From contig CAVVMW010000007.1 in the NCBI GenBank assembly GCA_963749495.1, positions 96,001 to 160,000 of the forward strand: DNA of 64,000 nucleotides, in the 5' to 3' direction. A model generated the notes under the pieces. That model had not been told where the DNA came from. It did not search any database and was given only the letters and a program-made list of their open reading frames with translations. The first letter of the stretch is position 1; every line of letters begins with the position of its first letter. Below, piece by piece: positions 36,446 through 46,170 of the stretch. This DNA comes from an uncultured bacterium. Its GTDB lineage: Bacteria; Verrucomicrobiota; Verrucomicrobiia; Limisphaerales; UBA8199. A program made the position numbers and the translations under genes.

Positions 36446-39232
36446 CTAGCCGCCCCCGTCTGCTGGCAAGGCTTTCTGTCCGTTGGTTTGCGTCCCAGGT
36501 CTGCGCCCCCGCCGATTCTCAGCGAAGACGCGAATATCTTTCTCCCCTGAACGGAGAAAATCCAGGAAATCCACGCCCATGTACTTGCAGGTTTCGCAAA
36601 GGCTCAACAGAACCAAGTAGTCTCGGAGGCCCTTTTCAGTGGTGACTCCCCCGATGATCCGGCGAAGCGCGGCGAAGGCTTTAACAGCGTGTTCAGCGTT
36701 GTTGTTGTTCCACGGTATCCCGTCGAAACTCAAGAACGTAAAGAGCTTGTCGTGGTTCTTGTCCAACCGCTTACTGAACTTCACCGCGGTTTCGCTCTGC
36801 AAGGTTAGGTCGGCAATCCGCCCATAAAATCCATCCACCGCCTCCAGGTGCTTCCTCAAAAAGCGGGTTTTCAAGCCGTGCCGATCAACGGTTTCGATCA
36901 TCGGCTTGAGCAAGAGTGTAAACATCTGTGCGACCTGTTTCAATTCCTCGTCGTAGGGGTGTTTCAAAAGATCGTCGTTCAAGTCCCTTATCAGGTGAAT
37001 CAGGCACTTTTGTTGAGGGCATTGGATTGAATCGTAAGCCGGGTAAAAGTCAGACACCAAAACGCCCTTGAAGTCCCTCAGCACGGTCTGAATCAGGTCG
37101 GCCTCGCGTGTCTCGCTGAACACGTAGGCCACTTCTTCCATGTTCGCAAACACCCACACAAAACCGTCTTTGTCCTTGACGTTGATTTTGGTCTCGTCGG
37201 CGTGAAGTAACCGGCCACTGCACAGCCTCTTGACCAGGGCGTTATAGCTTCCCACGTAGTTCTCCGCTGCCTTGGCCTTGAAGTCGCCAATACTCGCGGA
37301 ACTCAGATGAAAGCCAAACAACCGATTTAGTTTGCTGGCTACATGCAACTGAGGCAACCGCAACTCGATGCTGAGGTAAACGGAATATGCGATGATTTCC
37401 CGGCCAAACTTACCTTTTCCATAGAACGTTTCTTCGGGTTGAAAGACGGTTTGGCAGTTTGTACATTGATAGCGGTGGAAACGATAACGGACGATCCATC
37501 TCTTAATCCCGTGTCGCATGAATCTGAGATCGTAGAGGATTTTAGTGTACTTCGTGTGCTTGACGAACTTCCTTGAGCCGCACCTTGGGCAATTGCGCGG
37601 TCGCGGGCACTCGATGATCTTGTTCGGGGGCAAAACTATTCGCGGTGTCTTGCGGCGGCTCAGGGCGTGCTTGACCTTTACATTTGATTTTACATAGACT
37701 CGCTCGCGCTGGTAATCCCAGTATGCGGCGTCGTTAATAGTGTTCAGTTCTGGAAGGGCGAATGTGTTCCGCTTAAAACCATACGGGTGTTCGCGCTTGA
37801 GCTTCGCAGTGTTGACAATCTCACCGAGGGACGGGTTTCCGGTTCGAGGCGACCCTTGGCCCAATTCAATGAGGGCAGTCATCAGCGTTTCCAACGCTTG
37901 GCAATCCTCGGAGTTGTAGGTAATCAGGTTCTGCTTTGCCGCCGGGTCGCCCGACTCCTGCCACTCCGTCCGCCAGAGGATGGATCGAACACCGGATGCC
38001 TTCGCGCTCGACCATCTGCATCCGAGCCAAGCACCGACATCTTTAAGGCCATTTGAGTACGTGGGAAAGTAGATTTGGGAGAAAATCACCGACAGGACAT
38101 TTGTCGCCGACGCGAACGCCTTGGCTATCGGCGAGCCGTCTGCTGGCCCCCCGTACCGCTCAGACATCCGTCTCAGGAAAACGGCCTCGAATCTGCCATA
38201 GTGAAGCAGCACCGGCTTTTCGATAGTCGCGAGCACAGCAAGGAAATCGCTCCACGCTTTCTTCTCGCCCTCGAAATCATCCGCCCAAAGGCTATGCTGG
38301 ACGACGGTCTCGGCGGTCTTGACGCGCAGACCGATGAGGTAATAGAAATCCCGGTCGGGCAGACCCTCCACATCCAGATAGACGGGTGTCCCGTCGATCT
38401 TCAGTTCCGGCGTGCCGACGACGTGGATTTTCCTTTCCCGGATGGCGAGAGCTTTTAAGGCGTGGTGGTGTTTTTCGGGTTTGTCCCGGAGCCGCTTTGG
38501 GCGCCTGCGCGGGCGGAATGTGTACGAAAGCTGGGTAACGGTGAAGATGCCTTCGCTGTTGAATTTCTTCCGCTCCTTCTCCTTCAGGTTCGAGAGCAAG
38601 CTGAGGTCGTCCTTTTCAGTTGCCTTCTGTCTGCACCGGGCCTGGAACTCGCACTCGCCGCAATGCCGGTTCAATACGAGATCAGGCGGCGACGTGCTGG
38701 AAACCAAGGCAACGGCTTTCTCGGTTAGCTTTTGCACTTCCCCGACCAGAGCGTCGGTCTTGACCCTCATCGTGGCCTGCTCATCCCCGTGGACGATCCT
38801 GCCGAAGTCTATCCTTCGGCCCAGCGTTCCCGACAGCGCGAGAGCATCGAACCCCAACAGGAGTTTCTCCTCCCTCTCGAGCTTGTTGTTCGGCACAAAA
38901 CGAATGGGGACAAATTGGGCAGCTTTGCTCTGCCCGACCGGCGGCACGCGCTCCAAGGCGTGAATGCGGGTTCCCAAAGCCTCTGTTCCTGCCAGCACGT
39001 CAACTGCTAGCCGCCACTTAGCCTGTTTCAATTCATCCGCCGATGGAGCGGTCAAGTGGTCTTGGGGAGTGTCCCGGCGCAAGCGGTCCACGCCGGCGGC
39101 ACGGTAAGACTCGGCTCGTGCGCGAACCCAATCAGCGTACTCGTTCCCAGTCCCCGGTTCGCCCAGCGACCGCAGATAGCACTTGGTGGGGCACTTGAGG
39201 AAGGCCGTAAAGAGGTCCGACGTGATCTTCAT
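36446..39232 (-). CDS. TM0106-like RecB/Cas4-type domain + DEDD/RNase_H_2 exonuclease fused to an IS66-family (TnpC) transposase
   Basis: FLKCPTKC...HCGECEFQARC Cys staple; YLDVEG, LLHYG, YSNGLK, YNSEDC exonuclease motifs; CPRCGS..CTNC Zn finger; LLHADET, LVSDFY, QKCLIHLIR, WNNNNAEHAVK IS66 DDE motifs. Confidence 0.9.
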   Translation of the reverse strand: MKITSDLFTAFLKCPTKCYLRSLGEPGTGNEYADWVRARAESYRAAGVDRLRRDTPQDHLTAPSADELKQAKWRLAVDVLAGTEALGTRIHALERVPPVGQSKAAQFVPIRFVPNNKLEREEKLLLGFDALALSGTLGRRIDFGRIVHGDEQATMRVKTDALVGEVQKLTEKAVALVSSTSPPDLVLNRHCGECEFQARCRQKATEKDDLSLLSNLKEKERKKFNSEGIFTVTQLSYTFRPRRRPKRLRDKPEKHHHALKALAIRERKIHVVGTPELKIDGTPVYLDVEGLPDRDFYYLIGLRVKTAETVVQHSLWADDFEGEKKAWSDFLAVLATIEKPVLLHYGRFEAVFLRRMSERYGGPADGSPIAKAFASATNVLSVIFSQIYFPTYSNGLKDVGAWLGCRWSSAKASGVRSILWRTEWQESGDPAAKQNLITYNSEDCQALETLMTALIELGQGSPRTGNPSLGEIVNTAKLKREHPYGFKRNTFALPELNTINDAAYWDYQRERVYVKSNVKVKHALSRRKTPRIVLPPNKIIECPRPRNCPRCGSRKFVKHTKYTKILYDLRFMRHGIKRWIVRYRFHRYQCTNCQTVFQPEETFYGKGKFGREIIAYSVYLSIELRLPQLHVASKLNRLFGFHLSSASIGDFKAKAAENYVGSYNALVKRLCSGRLLHADETKINVKDKDGFVWVFANMEEVAYVFSETREADLIQTVLRDFKGVLVSDFYPAYDSIQCPQQKCLIHLIRDLNDDLLKHPYDEELKQVAQMFTLLLKPMIETVDRHGLKTRFLRKHLEAVDGFYGRIADLTLQSETAVKFSKRLDKNHDKLFTFLSFDGIPWNNNNAEHAVKAFAALRRIIGGVTTEKGLRDYLVLLSLCETCKYMGVDFLDFLRSGEKDIRVFAENRRGRRPGTQTNGQKALPADGGG

Positions 39233-39392
39233 AACCTGTAACCGCCGTGACGCTCTTACGTCCTCCGTCCCGAAGGCGGTTGTCAAAGCCGCAGTAACAT
39301 GAAGGTTTGACCGCCGCCGTTTGGGAACGTCACGCGGGCGCGATCCCCCAGGGAGGGCGACACGAAAGGGTCATCAGGCTGCTCGGCCTCGA

Positions 39393-40143
39393 TCACAATT
39401 GACGATGGTTCGAGGTCAGCGCCGACGGCAGTTCCGCTCGAAGCCGACGCCGGACTGCCAGCAATTGACCAGGTGTGACGGGTTCGCGCGTCATGCCAAT
39501 GAACTCGTTTTCGAAAGCCTGCGCGAGGTCTTGGTCCCGCGAGAACAGAACTTCATGCACCGGGCGGTTGTGCCCGGCCAGATAACAAACAAAACACTCC
39601 ACGACATCGGGCGTGAGCCCGCACCGCTCGAACATGCCGCGCAGATCGAAAAGGTCGCGTGGGTGCTGGCGGTCCAACGCTGCCACCAGTTTGCTGCCAT
39701 AAAGCTCCGGCACCGCCAGAATCGGAGCGACCAATTCCGTGGTGAAAACTCGACGCGCCTCAGCGCCCATACCTCGACGCTCCACAGGCAGGACGGTGCC
39801 ACGGAACACATGATTCACCTCGACTTTCACTTGGCTGTGCCCACGCCGGAGAAGCAGCTTGATCTCGTCAGCCTGCCTGGTGGACGACACTTCGGCGTCC
39901 AAGCCATCTTCGACGAGTCGGCTTCGTGTCGTCTCCAGTGCGGCCGAGATGGACTCCAACGCATTCTCACGGGACACCCGGTGGTCGGTGAAAACCACGT
40001 TGATGTCCACCGACAACCGCGGCATGTCTTCGACGAACAGATTGAGGGCCGTCCCGCCTTTCCTGGCGAAGGCAGGCGTTTGAAAGACCGTCGGCATCGC
40101 CTCGAAGTAGAAGCCGGACGGTTTCGATATAGGCTCTTTCCAT
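39393..40143 (-). pseudogene. abiEii: AbiEii/AbiGii-family nucleotidyltransferase toxin; frameshifted and apparently C-terminally truncated
   Basis: MERAYIETVRLLL, an extra base near 40105, then EAMPTVFQTPAFARKGGTALNLF..PRLSVDIN..KLVAALDRQHPRDLFD. Ends abruptly at NHRQL*. TAATG coupling to abiEi. Confidence 0.85.
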
Positions 40144-40886
40144 TATGCTTTCAGGGTGAGGGTTGTTCCGTCTTTGAGCCGGGCGGTCCACCGGCTGTGT
40201 CCAAGTCGGCGCCCTGCGCCGTTCCTTGCGGCATCGGCCCACGGCAGGCCCAGTTCCTCCGCCCACAGGACACAGAGCCGCATCGCCTTTACGCGCCGGC
40301 AGTGCGCGAGCAGATTCGCCAAAGTGTCCGGCCGCAACGATCGGACCCCTTCCAGAATGTTGCGGGCTTCCTCGATTCCCTGGTGTATCCCCACTTCGCT
40401 CAGCATCTCGATCACAGCCCTCTCCGGCACCGAAACCAGCACGCCGCCGGGAGTCTCCGGCAGGGACTGCAATCCGAAATCCTGTGGCAGCGTGGAGGCG
40501 AACGGGTTGCGTGCCGTGTATCGAGCGCGAAACCGCTGCTGGAACCATGCGGGTATTCTGGCTTTCGCTTCTCCCCACAGCCACAACGGTTCATGCGGTG
40601 GGAGATTGTGACGGACCCCCAGCCACGCCAAGGCAGTTTTGCCGCCGACGTGTAGGCCGGGTACTCGGCGAGCCAGGAACTTCACGGAATCCTGCTCCCG
40701 CAACGTATCGTTGGGGAACATGAACACCCCTCGTCCGAGCCGCGAGAGCCAACCGGAGTTCTGGTAGTGATGCGCCAGCGCTGAGGACACGCCCAGTGCC
40801 GCCAAATCGTGATGGTCCAACGGACTTCCCCGCGGGACCGTCGTTTGCAGGCGCCTGATTAGACTAGAACGACTTGTTAAAGTCAT
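40143..40886 (-). CDS. abiEi: Type IV toxin-antitoxin AbiEi-family antitoxin
   Basis: GWLSRLGRGVF wHTH, HVGGKTAL, SVPERAVIEML, LRPDTLANLLAHCRRVKAMRL. Confidence 0.9.
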   Translation of the reverse strand: MTLTSRSSLIRRLQTTVPRGSPLDHHDLAALGVSSALAHHYQNSGWLSRLGRGVFMFPNDTLREQDSVKFLARRVPGLHVGGKTALAWLGVRHNLPPHEPLWLWGEAKARIPAWFQQRFRARYTARNPFASTLPQDFGLQSLPETPGGVLVSVPERAVIEMLSEVGIHQGIEEARNILEGVRSLRPDTLANLLAHCRRVKAMRLCVLWAEELGLPWADAARNGAGRRLGHSRWTARLKDGTTLTLKA

Positions 40887-40894
40887 GCTTTAAC
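40876..40894. promoter_or_regulatory. Palindrome over the abiEi start codon; possible autoregulatory operator
   Basis: GTTAAAG-tcatg-CTTTAAC. AbiEi proteins are known to autorepress through inverted repeats. Confidence 0.5.
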
Positions 40895-41291
40895 TCCAGC
40901 GCCGAGTTCAAGCGGAGACAAGGCTCTGTGTCATGGCCGACGCCAATGAAACGGCCTGCCGTGCGGTGAATGGCCTCTTCCACCCGGTTTTTCAAAAAGA
41001 GGGAAAAAACTGGCAAACAAACAACGGGATCGGGCTGGCTGCTTTGGGCGCGGCCGCTTCAGGCCGAGTTGAAACGGACTTGGCCCAGAGGAGGCAAATC
41101 CGAAAAATTGCTAATTCGGAACCGCCGCTTTTGCGCAAGGCAAAACCCATCCGACCGGCCCGGCTTGCTCTTAGAGGCCGGTTCGTGAGCAGGGGTACAG
41201 CGGAGGTCGAGGTGCGAGGGGCCAAGGAACGGATCTCCGCGCCTCGCCCCTCGATCCGAATCCTCGTGTCCGGGCACTTCTGAACCGAGGG

Positions 41292-41579
41292 CTACCTGGC
41301 GCCGAGGATGGCGTCCTTGGCGGCCTTGGCCACGCGGAATTTCACGACGCGCTTGGCCGGGATCTTGATCGCTTCGCCCGTGGCCGGGTTGCGGCCCATG
41401 CGGGCCTTGCGATTGACCAGGACCAGTTTGCCCAGACCGGGGAGGGTAAAGGAGTTCTTGGCGTTCTTGTAAGCCAGCCCCACCAGGGCCTCCATGACCT
41501 GCACCGTCTGCTTCTTGGAGATGCCGACCGTCTCCGCCAATGAGGCGGCGATTTGTGATTTTGTTAGTGTTTTTGCCAT
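41292..41579 (-). CDS. hup: HU family DNA-binding protein
   Basis: MAKTLTKSQIAASLAE...FTLPGLGKL..RKARMGRNPATGEAIKIPAKRVVKFR. Confidence 0.96.
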   Translation of the reverse strand: MAKTLTKSQIAASLAETVGISKKQTVQVMEALVGLAYKNAKNSFTLPGLGKLVLVNRKARMGRNPATGEAIKIPAKRVVKFRVAKAAKDAILGAR

Positions 41580-41648
41580 ATGTGACGTTATGAGTAGGAG
41601 CAAAGCCAAGGGGGTTCAAGCGAAAACTGGCGGAACATCGCGATTTTT

Positions 41649-41756
41649 CAAAATCATTTTCAGCAGAATCATTGCTGCAAAGGCAAGATCATTGTTGGCA
41701 AAATCATTGAAAGACCTCACGGCCTCCATCGAAATCATTTTCGGCAGAATCATTGT
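41649..41756. repeat. Degenerate (GGCA[A/G]AATCAT) repeat cluster
   Basis: Three blocks of aaatcattttc(a/g)gcagaatcattg-like sequence. Related motifs occur at about 29712-29795 and 62503-62530. Confidence 0.65.
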
Positions 41757-41783
41757 TCTCCCAAAGACCCTCCGGCCGCGCCG

Positions 41784-42750
41784 CTACCGCAATTCTTTCA
41801 AGAACGCGATTTCCTTGCGGATGACTTCCGCGCGCTGGGCCTGGGGGAATTTCCCGAGGGCCTCGTCTTCGACGCACAGGTCGCCCTGATAGGCGGCCCC
41901 GCGCAGGATGGCCAAGGCGCGTTTGTAATCAATGTCGCCCTCGTAGATCGGGCAGTTGTATTGTTCGTAGCCCCAGCCCATTTCGCGCCGGACATTCTTC
42001 TTGTCGTCGGGGAAGCGGATGTTCTTGCAGTGAGTGTGAAAGACCCGCGGGGCGAACTTCTCGTAAATCCGGTATAGCTCGTCGAGCGGATAGCCGTACC
42101 AGTAGAAATTCCCGAGGTCCAGCGTCAAGCCGAGCCTGTCCGAGCCGGCGCCGCCGAAGAGTTTGTCCAGGAAGACCGGGTCATTGGTGGTGTGGCCGTG
42201 GTTCTCGACGCCGAAGCGGACGGCGGTGCCCTCGGCCAGGGAGCAGAGCTGCTTGCAGGCCTGGATGGCGAAGGGGAGGAATTGGCCGGCGCTGAGTTTG
42301 TGAGGCCACACATTGATGCGGACGGCGTTGACGCCCAGGAGCGTGGCGGCCTTGATGATGGCGCGGGCGCAGGCCAACTCGGCTTCCAGCCGCTCGTCCA
42401 GCCGGTTGGACATGCAGAAGGCGGAGATGGCGCAGCCGCTGGAGGCAAGGTCGTCCTTGAGGGCCTGGATCCCTTGCTCTGTGGCCAGGGTGTATTTGCG
42501 CTGCGGGTGGAACAGACCGGGGCAGGCCAGGTCCAGCTCGACCGAGACCTCGGTACACTCGGCCCCAAGGGCCTTCATGGCGGCCCAGCAATCCGGCTGG
42601 CCGGGCGACCCGGAGGTGCGAATCGCGGCAGCCTGCGGGCCAGCGCGTCTGCTGGGCGGCCCCGAGGGCGCGCCCCGCGGAAAGGATCCCGGCCGGCAAG
42701 GCCAGGCCGGTGGTTTTGATGAAATCACGTCGTGAAGCAAAGTGGGTCAT
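41784..42750 (-). CDS. Tat-exported sugar phosphate isomerase/epimerase (xylose isomerase-like TIM barrel); one frameshift
   Basis: MTHFASRRDFIK Tat signal; extra C near 42603; GVENHG, LTLDLGNF, HTHCKN, LCVEDE. Confidence 0.85.
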
Positions 42751-42871
42751 GGGGAACGATTGGGTTGAGGGGGTTGAGGGTGAGGAATGACGAATGACGA
42801 ATGACGAATGACGAATATCCCGGCCATGTGTCGTAATCCGGTCCTGTAGTCCTGTAGTCTTGTAGTCGGGT

Positions 42872-44014
42872 TCAGTCGGTGGGCAGTTTCGGGAACGTCT
42901 TGTGCGGCTCTTTCTGGTACCAGAAGGCGACCGAGGCGATATTATCCTTGGCGGGCAGGTAGGTGTCGTCCCCATTCCAGCCGAGGGCCTGGATGGTGAC
43001 CTTGAGGTCCTGGCCGAAGCGGACCGGGTCGGCGATGTGCCATCGATAGAGGCCATAGTGCTGGCCGGGTTGGTCAACCTTGTCCGGGGGGATCACTTGG
43101 GCCAGGCCCGAATAGGGCGTCGAGAAGACCTGGTATTTGCCGGTCTCGGGGTTGACGAAGTCGTACGAGCCGCAGAAATAATCTTCGGTGCCGGTGCCGC
43201 AGATGGTCGGGAACTCCTGGTCGCCGTCGAGGTAGAACTTGATTTCGCCTTCGCCCCACCACCTGGGATTGACGGTCTCCCAGGCCAGGTAGGTGCCGAC
43301 GTACTGGCCCTGGCCCTGGACGCCATCCAGAATGGTGTAGAGGCCCTTTTGCTTGAGCGGCGATTCGCGGCGGAACTGGGCGTGGAAGTAACCGGCGGCC
43401 TGGGGCACCGTGGTGAGGGTGTAGTTGATCTGATAATAGAGGACCATGTTTCTGTCGTCGGTGTTCTCAAGGGTGATCCGGGCCGATTTGCGGAAGGGCA
43501 TGGGCCAGTAGCAATTGAAGGCGCTGCCCGGGTTGACGCAGATCGCCAGCGAACTGATCTGGCAGTACTTGCCCCAGCCGGAGGCAAAGAAATGGCCCAC
43601 CGGGCATTCGACCGAAGGTTCGGTTTCATCGTCCCAACAGAAGCGCAGGATCAACTTGCGGAAGTTGCCGGTCGGGGTCATCCAGATTTGCTGGATGCAG
43701 CCCGCGCCGTCGATCTGGCCCAGGGTGAAGGTGCTCTTGGCCTTGATGACCACCGAGGGCGAGATCTTCCACCCCTGGCCCAGGTCGCGGGCTGCGCCTT
43801 TGCCGGTGCCTTCGGTTGCCATGCCCGCCTTTGCCTTTTCACCGGTGAAATTCTCGGGGCTGATCGAGCGGGTCTGGGCATCCGAGGTCATGTAGAGGTT
43901 GCCAAGGCCCAGGCCCAGTCCGTTATACGGGGCGGCAACTGCAGTGCCGATCGCGGCGCCGCACCACGCGGATACCGAGATCAAAACGAGGGAGCGAAGA
44001 GGCTGTTTCATCAT
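42872..44014 (-). CDS. DUF2961 / glycoside hydrolase family 172 protein, secreted
   Basis: TRSISPENFTGEK, GCIQQIWMT, NCYWPMPF, WWGEGEIKFYLDGD, GTGTEDYF, SVAFWYQ. Confidence 0.92.
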   Translation of the reverse strand: MMKQPLRSLVLISVSAWCGAAIGTAVAAPYNGLGLGLGNLYMTSDAQTRSISPENFTGEKAKAGMATEGTGKGAARDLGQGWKISPSVVIKAKSTFTLGQIDGAGCIQQIWMTPTGNFRKLILRFCWDDETEPSVECPVGHFFASGWGKYCQISSLAICVNPGSAFNCYWPMPFRKSARITLENTDDRNMVLYYQINYTLTTVPQAAGYFHAQFRRESPLKQKGLYTILDGVQGQGQYVGTYLAWETVNPRWWGEGEIKFYLDGDQEFPTICGTGTEDYFCGSYDFVNPETGKYQVFSTPYSGLAQVIPPDKVDQPGQHYGLYRWHIADPVRFGQDLKVTIQALGWNGDDTYLPAKDNIASVAFWYQKEPHKTFPKLPTD

Positions 44015-44152
44015 GTTCGAATCCTGGTTATGGATTAAGCACACCGGCCGGCCCACAGGCCGCGGGACCAACTCTATTGGACCGCCAAAAGGGGCGCAAG
44101 TCTGGAACGATTCTCTGTCAACAGGCCCTGTGCCGCGCCGCATCATGCGAGG

Positions 44153-44984
44153 GTGCGTTTTTCGATCGCCACGCCCAGTTACCGCAGTTCGGCCTGGCTG
44201 AAGCTGTGCGTTGCCTCGGTGGCTGACCAGCAGGTCGAGGCCGAACACATCGTCCAGGATGCGGGCTCGGACGATGGGACGCTGGATTGGCTGCTCCAAG
44301 ACCGGCGGGTACGGGCCTTTGTCGAGAAGGACCAGGGGATGTACGACGCGATCAATCGCGGGTTTGGGCGTGCGCAGGGTGAGATTTTGGCCTGGCTGAA
44401 TTGCGACGAGCAGTATTTGACCGGGGCGCTCGAGGCAGTGGGGCGTTTTTTCGGGGAGCACCCGGAGACTGAGGTGGTTTTTGGCAACGTGGTGATGGTC
44501 AACGGCCGGGGAGAGTATCTCTATCATCGGAAGGTGCAGCCGCCGCTCAAGTATCACACCTGGACGTGCCACCTCTCGACACTGAGCTGCGCCACGTTTT
44601 TCCGGCGGCGGCTGGTGGAGGAAACGGGGCTGCTGTTCGATGGGCGCCTGCGGGCTGGGGGCGACGGCAAATGGATGGTGCAACTGCTGCAGCGCGGGGT
44701 GCGCATGGCGGCGCTGAGGCGGTTCACCTCGGCGTTCACCTGGACGGGCACGAACATGAGCGCAGGGCCCAACGCGCGAGCTCGAGAACCGGTCACTCTG
44801 CCTGAGCGCGCCGGCGTGGGCGCGCGGGCTGCGGCCGCTCTGGATAGCGCACCACCGGTTGCGCCGGCTGCTGGGGGGCATGTATCGCCAGGCGCCATTC
44901 GCCTATGAGATTTTCACCCTGGCCGAGCCCGGGCGCCGCCGGCGTTGCGAGGCGGCCCGCCCCGCGTTTCGCCCGCCGCGATGA
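44153..44984 (+). CDS. Glycosyltransferase family 2; frameshifted near the 3' end (end coordinate approximate)
   Basis: FSIATPSY, QDAGSDDGT, DQGMYDAINRG, WLNCDE. The coding frame switches near 44790. Confidence 0.85.
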
Positions 44985-45959
44985 AGCCGCAACTGCTGGT
45001 GGTTGAGCTGTGGGGCCTGGGAGACCTGGTGATTGCGACGCCTTTTCTGCGGGCGGCCAGCGAGCGCTACGCGGTGACCTTGCTGGCCAAGCCCTACGCC
45101 CAGGACTTGCAGGTCCGCCTTTGGAGCGAGGTGCGGGTGGTTCCTTTCACCGCGCCCTGGACCGCCTTCACGCACAAATATGTCTTGTGGTCGTGGCCGT
45201 GGTGGGAGATCGACGGCCTCCAAAGGACCTTGGCGGCCGAGCACTTCGAGCTGGGACTCTCGGCGCGCTGGGACCCGCGCGATCATCTCCTGCTGCGGAT
45301 CGGTACACGCGCGGGTGCGCCTGGGATTCCCGCGCCTGGGCAGCCAGATACTATTGAACCGGCCGCTGGAACGGCCCGACCCGGCGGCGCATCGCTACGA
45401 GAACTGGCGCGTCTTGGCCCGGGCGCTCGGGTTCGAGCTGCCGCCCCGCGAGAAACTCGGCTTGACCCGGCTCCGTCCGCAGGGCGAGATCCTGGTCCAT
45501 ACCGGGGCGGGCCAGCCTGTGCGAGTCTGGCCGCTGGAGCGTTACCGGCGCCTGGTCGCCCACCTTCGCCAAGGCGGTTACCGCGTCCGGGTCGCCTGCG
45601 ACCCCGACCAGCAGGCCTGGTGGCTGGCGGCCGGCGAAAGCCATGCCGCCATGCCCGCCTCGGTTGCCGAGTTGCTGGCCCTGGTGGACCGCGCCGGGGC
45701 CTTCATTGGCAACGATTCCGGCCCCGGCCACCTGGCGGCGTTTTGCGGCGTTCCCACCTTCACCATCTTCGGCCCCCAACTGGCCGAGTGGTTTGCCCCT
45801 CTCCACCCCGCCTCCGAGTGGCTGGAGGGCAAGACCTGCCCCTACAAGCCGTGCTCGGATTATTGCCGGTTTGCCTCGCCCTGCTGCATGCTCAACTCCG
45901 GCGAGGACGAGGTGCGGGGGCGGGTGGGGGCCTTCCTGGAGCGCACGTTGAGACCCTGA
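44981..45959 (+). CDS. Glycosyltransferase family 9 (heptosyltransferase-like); one frameshift near 45300
   Basis: LWGLGDLVIATPFL at the N-terminus; HTGAG..RVWP and FIGNDSGPGHLAAFCGVPTFTIFGP in the second frame. Confidence 0.88.
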
Positions 45960-46008
45960 TGGGAGGGGCGGTCGCCTTTTCTGGATGCGCGGCAGGGCCG
46001 CCGCCAGG

Positions 46009-46146
46009 CTAGCGCAGACCTCCGAGTCTGCTGTCTCGCAGGTTTCCAAACCTGCGGGCCAACCGAGGTGCGGACGCGCATGCCTTCAGGGACGCGCAGC
46101 CGACTTGGAAGTCGGCGATACAGCAGACTCGGAGGTCTGCGCTACG
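46009..46146. repeat. REP-like compound palindrome (TAGCGCAG...CTGCGCTAC family)
   Basis: tagcgcagacctccgagtctgctgtctcgc...gcgatacagcagactcggaggtctgcgcta. A sister copy lies at 47039-47173. Confidence 0.85.
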
Positions 46147-46170
46147 TCACCGTATTTGCGTCCGGTTTAC

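Noticed and set aside
36013..39300. IS66 terminal inverted repeats around the fusion transposase
   Set aside because: Several GTAA/TTAC words occur, but I could not find a convincing matching pair with an 8-bp duplication by eye.
35678..41290. Classical tRNA-integrated island or prophage
   Set aside because: The lower-GC region lies 5' of the tRNA. No duplicated tRNA 3' end, integrase or phage structural gene was found.
42872..44881. 669-aa version of the GH172 protein
   Set aside because: The extra N-terminal part is antisense to the GT2 gene. The signal peptide starts at 44014.
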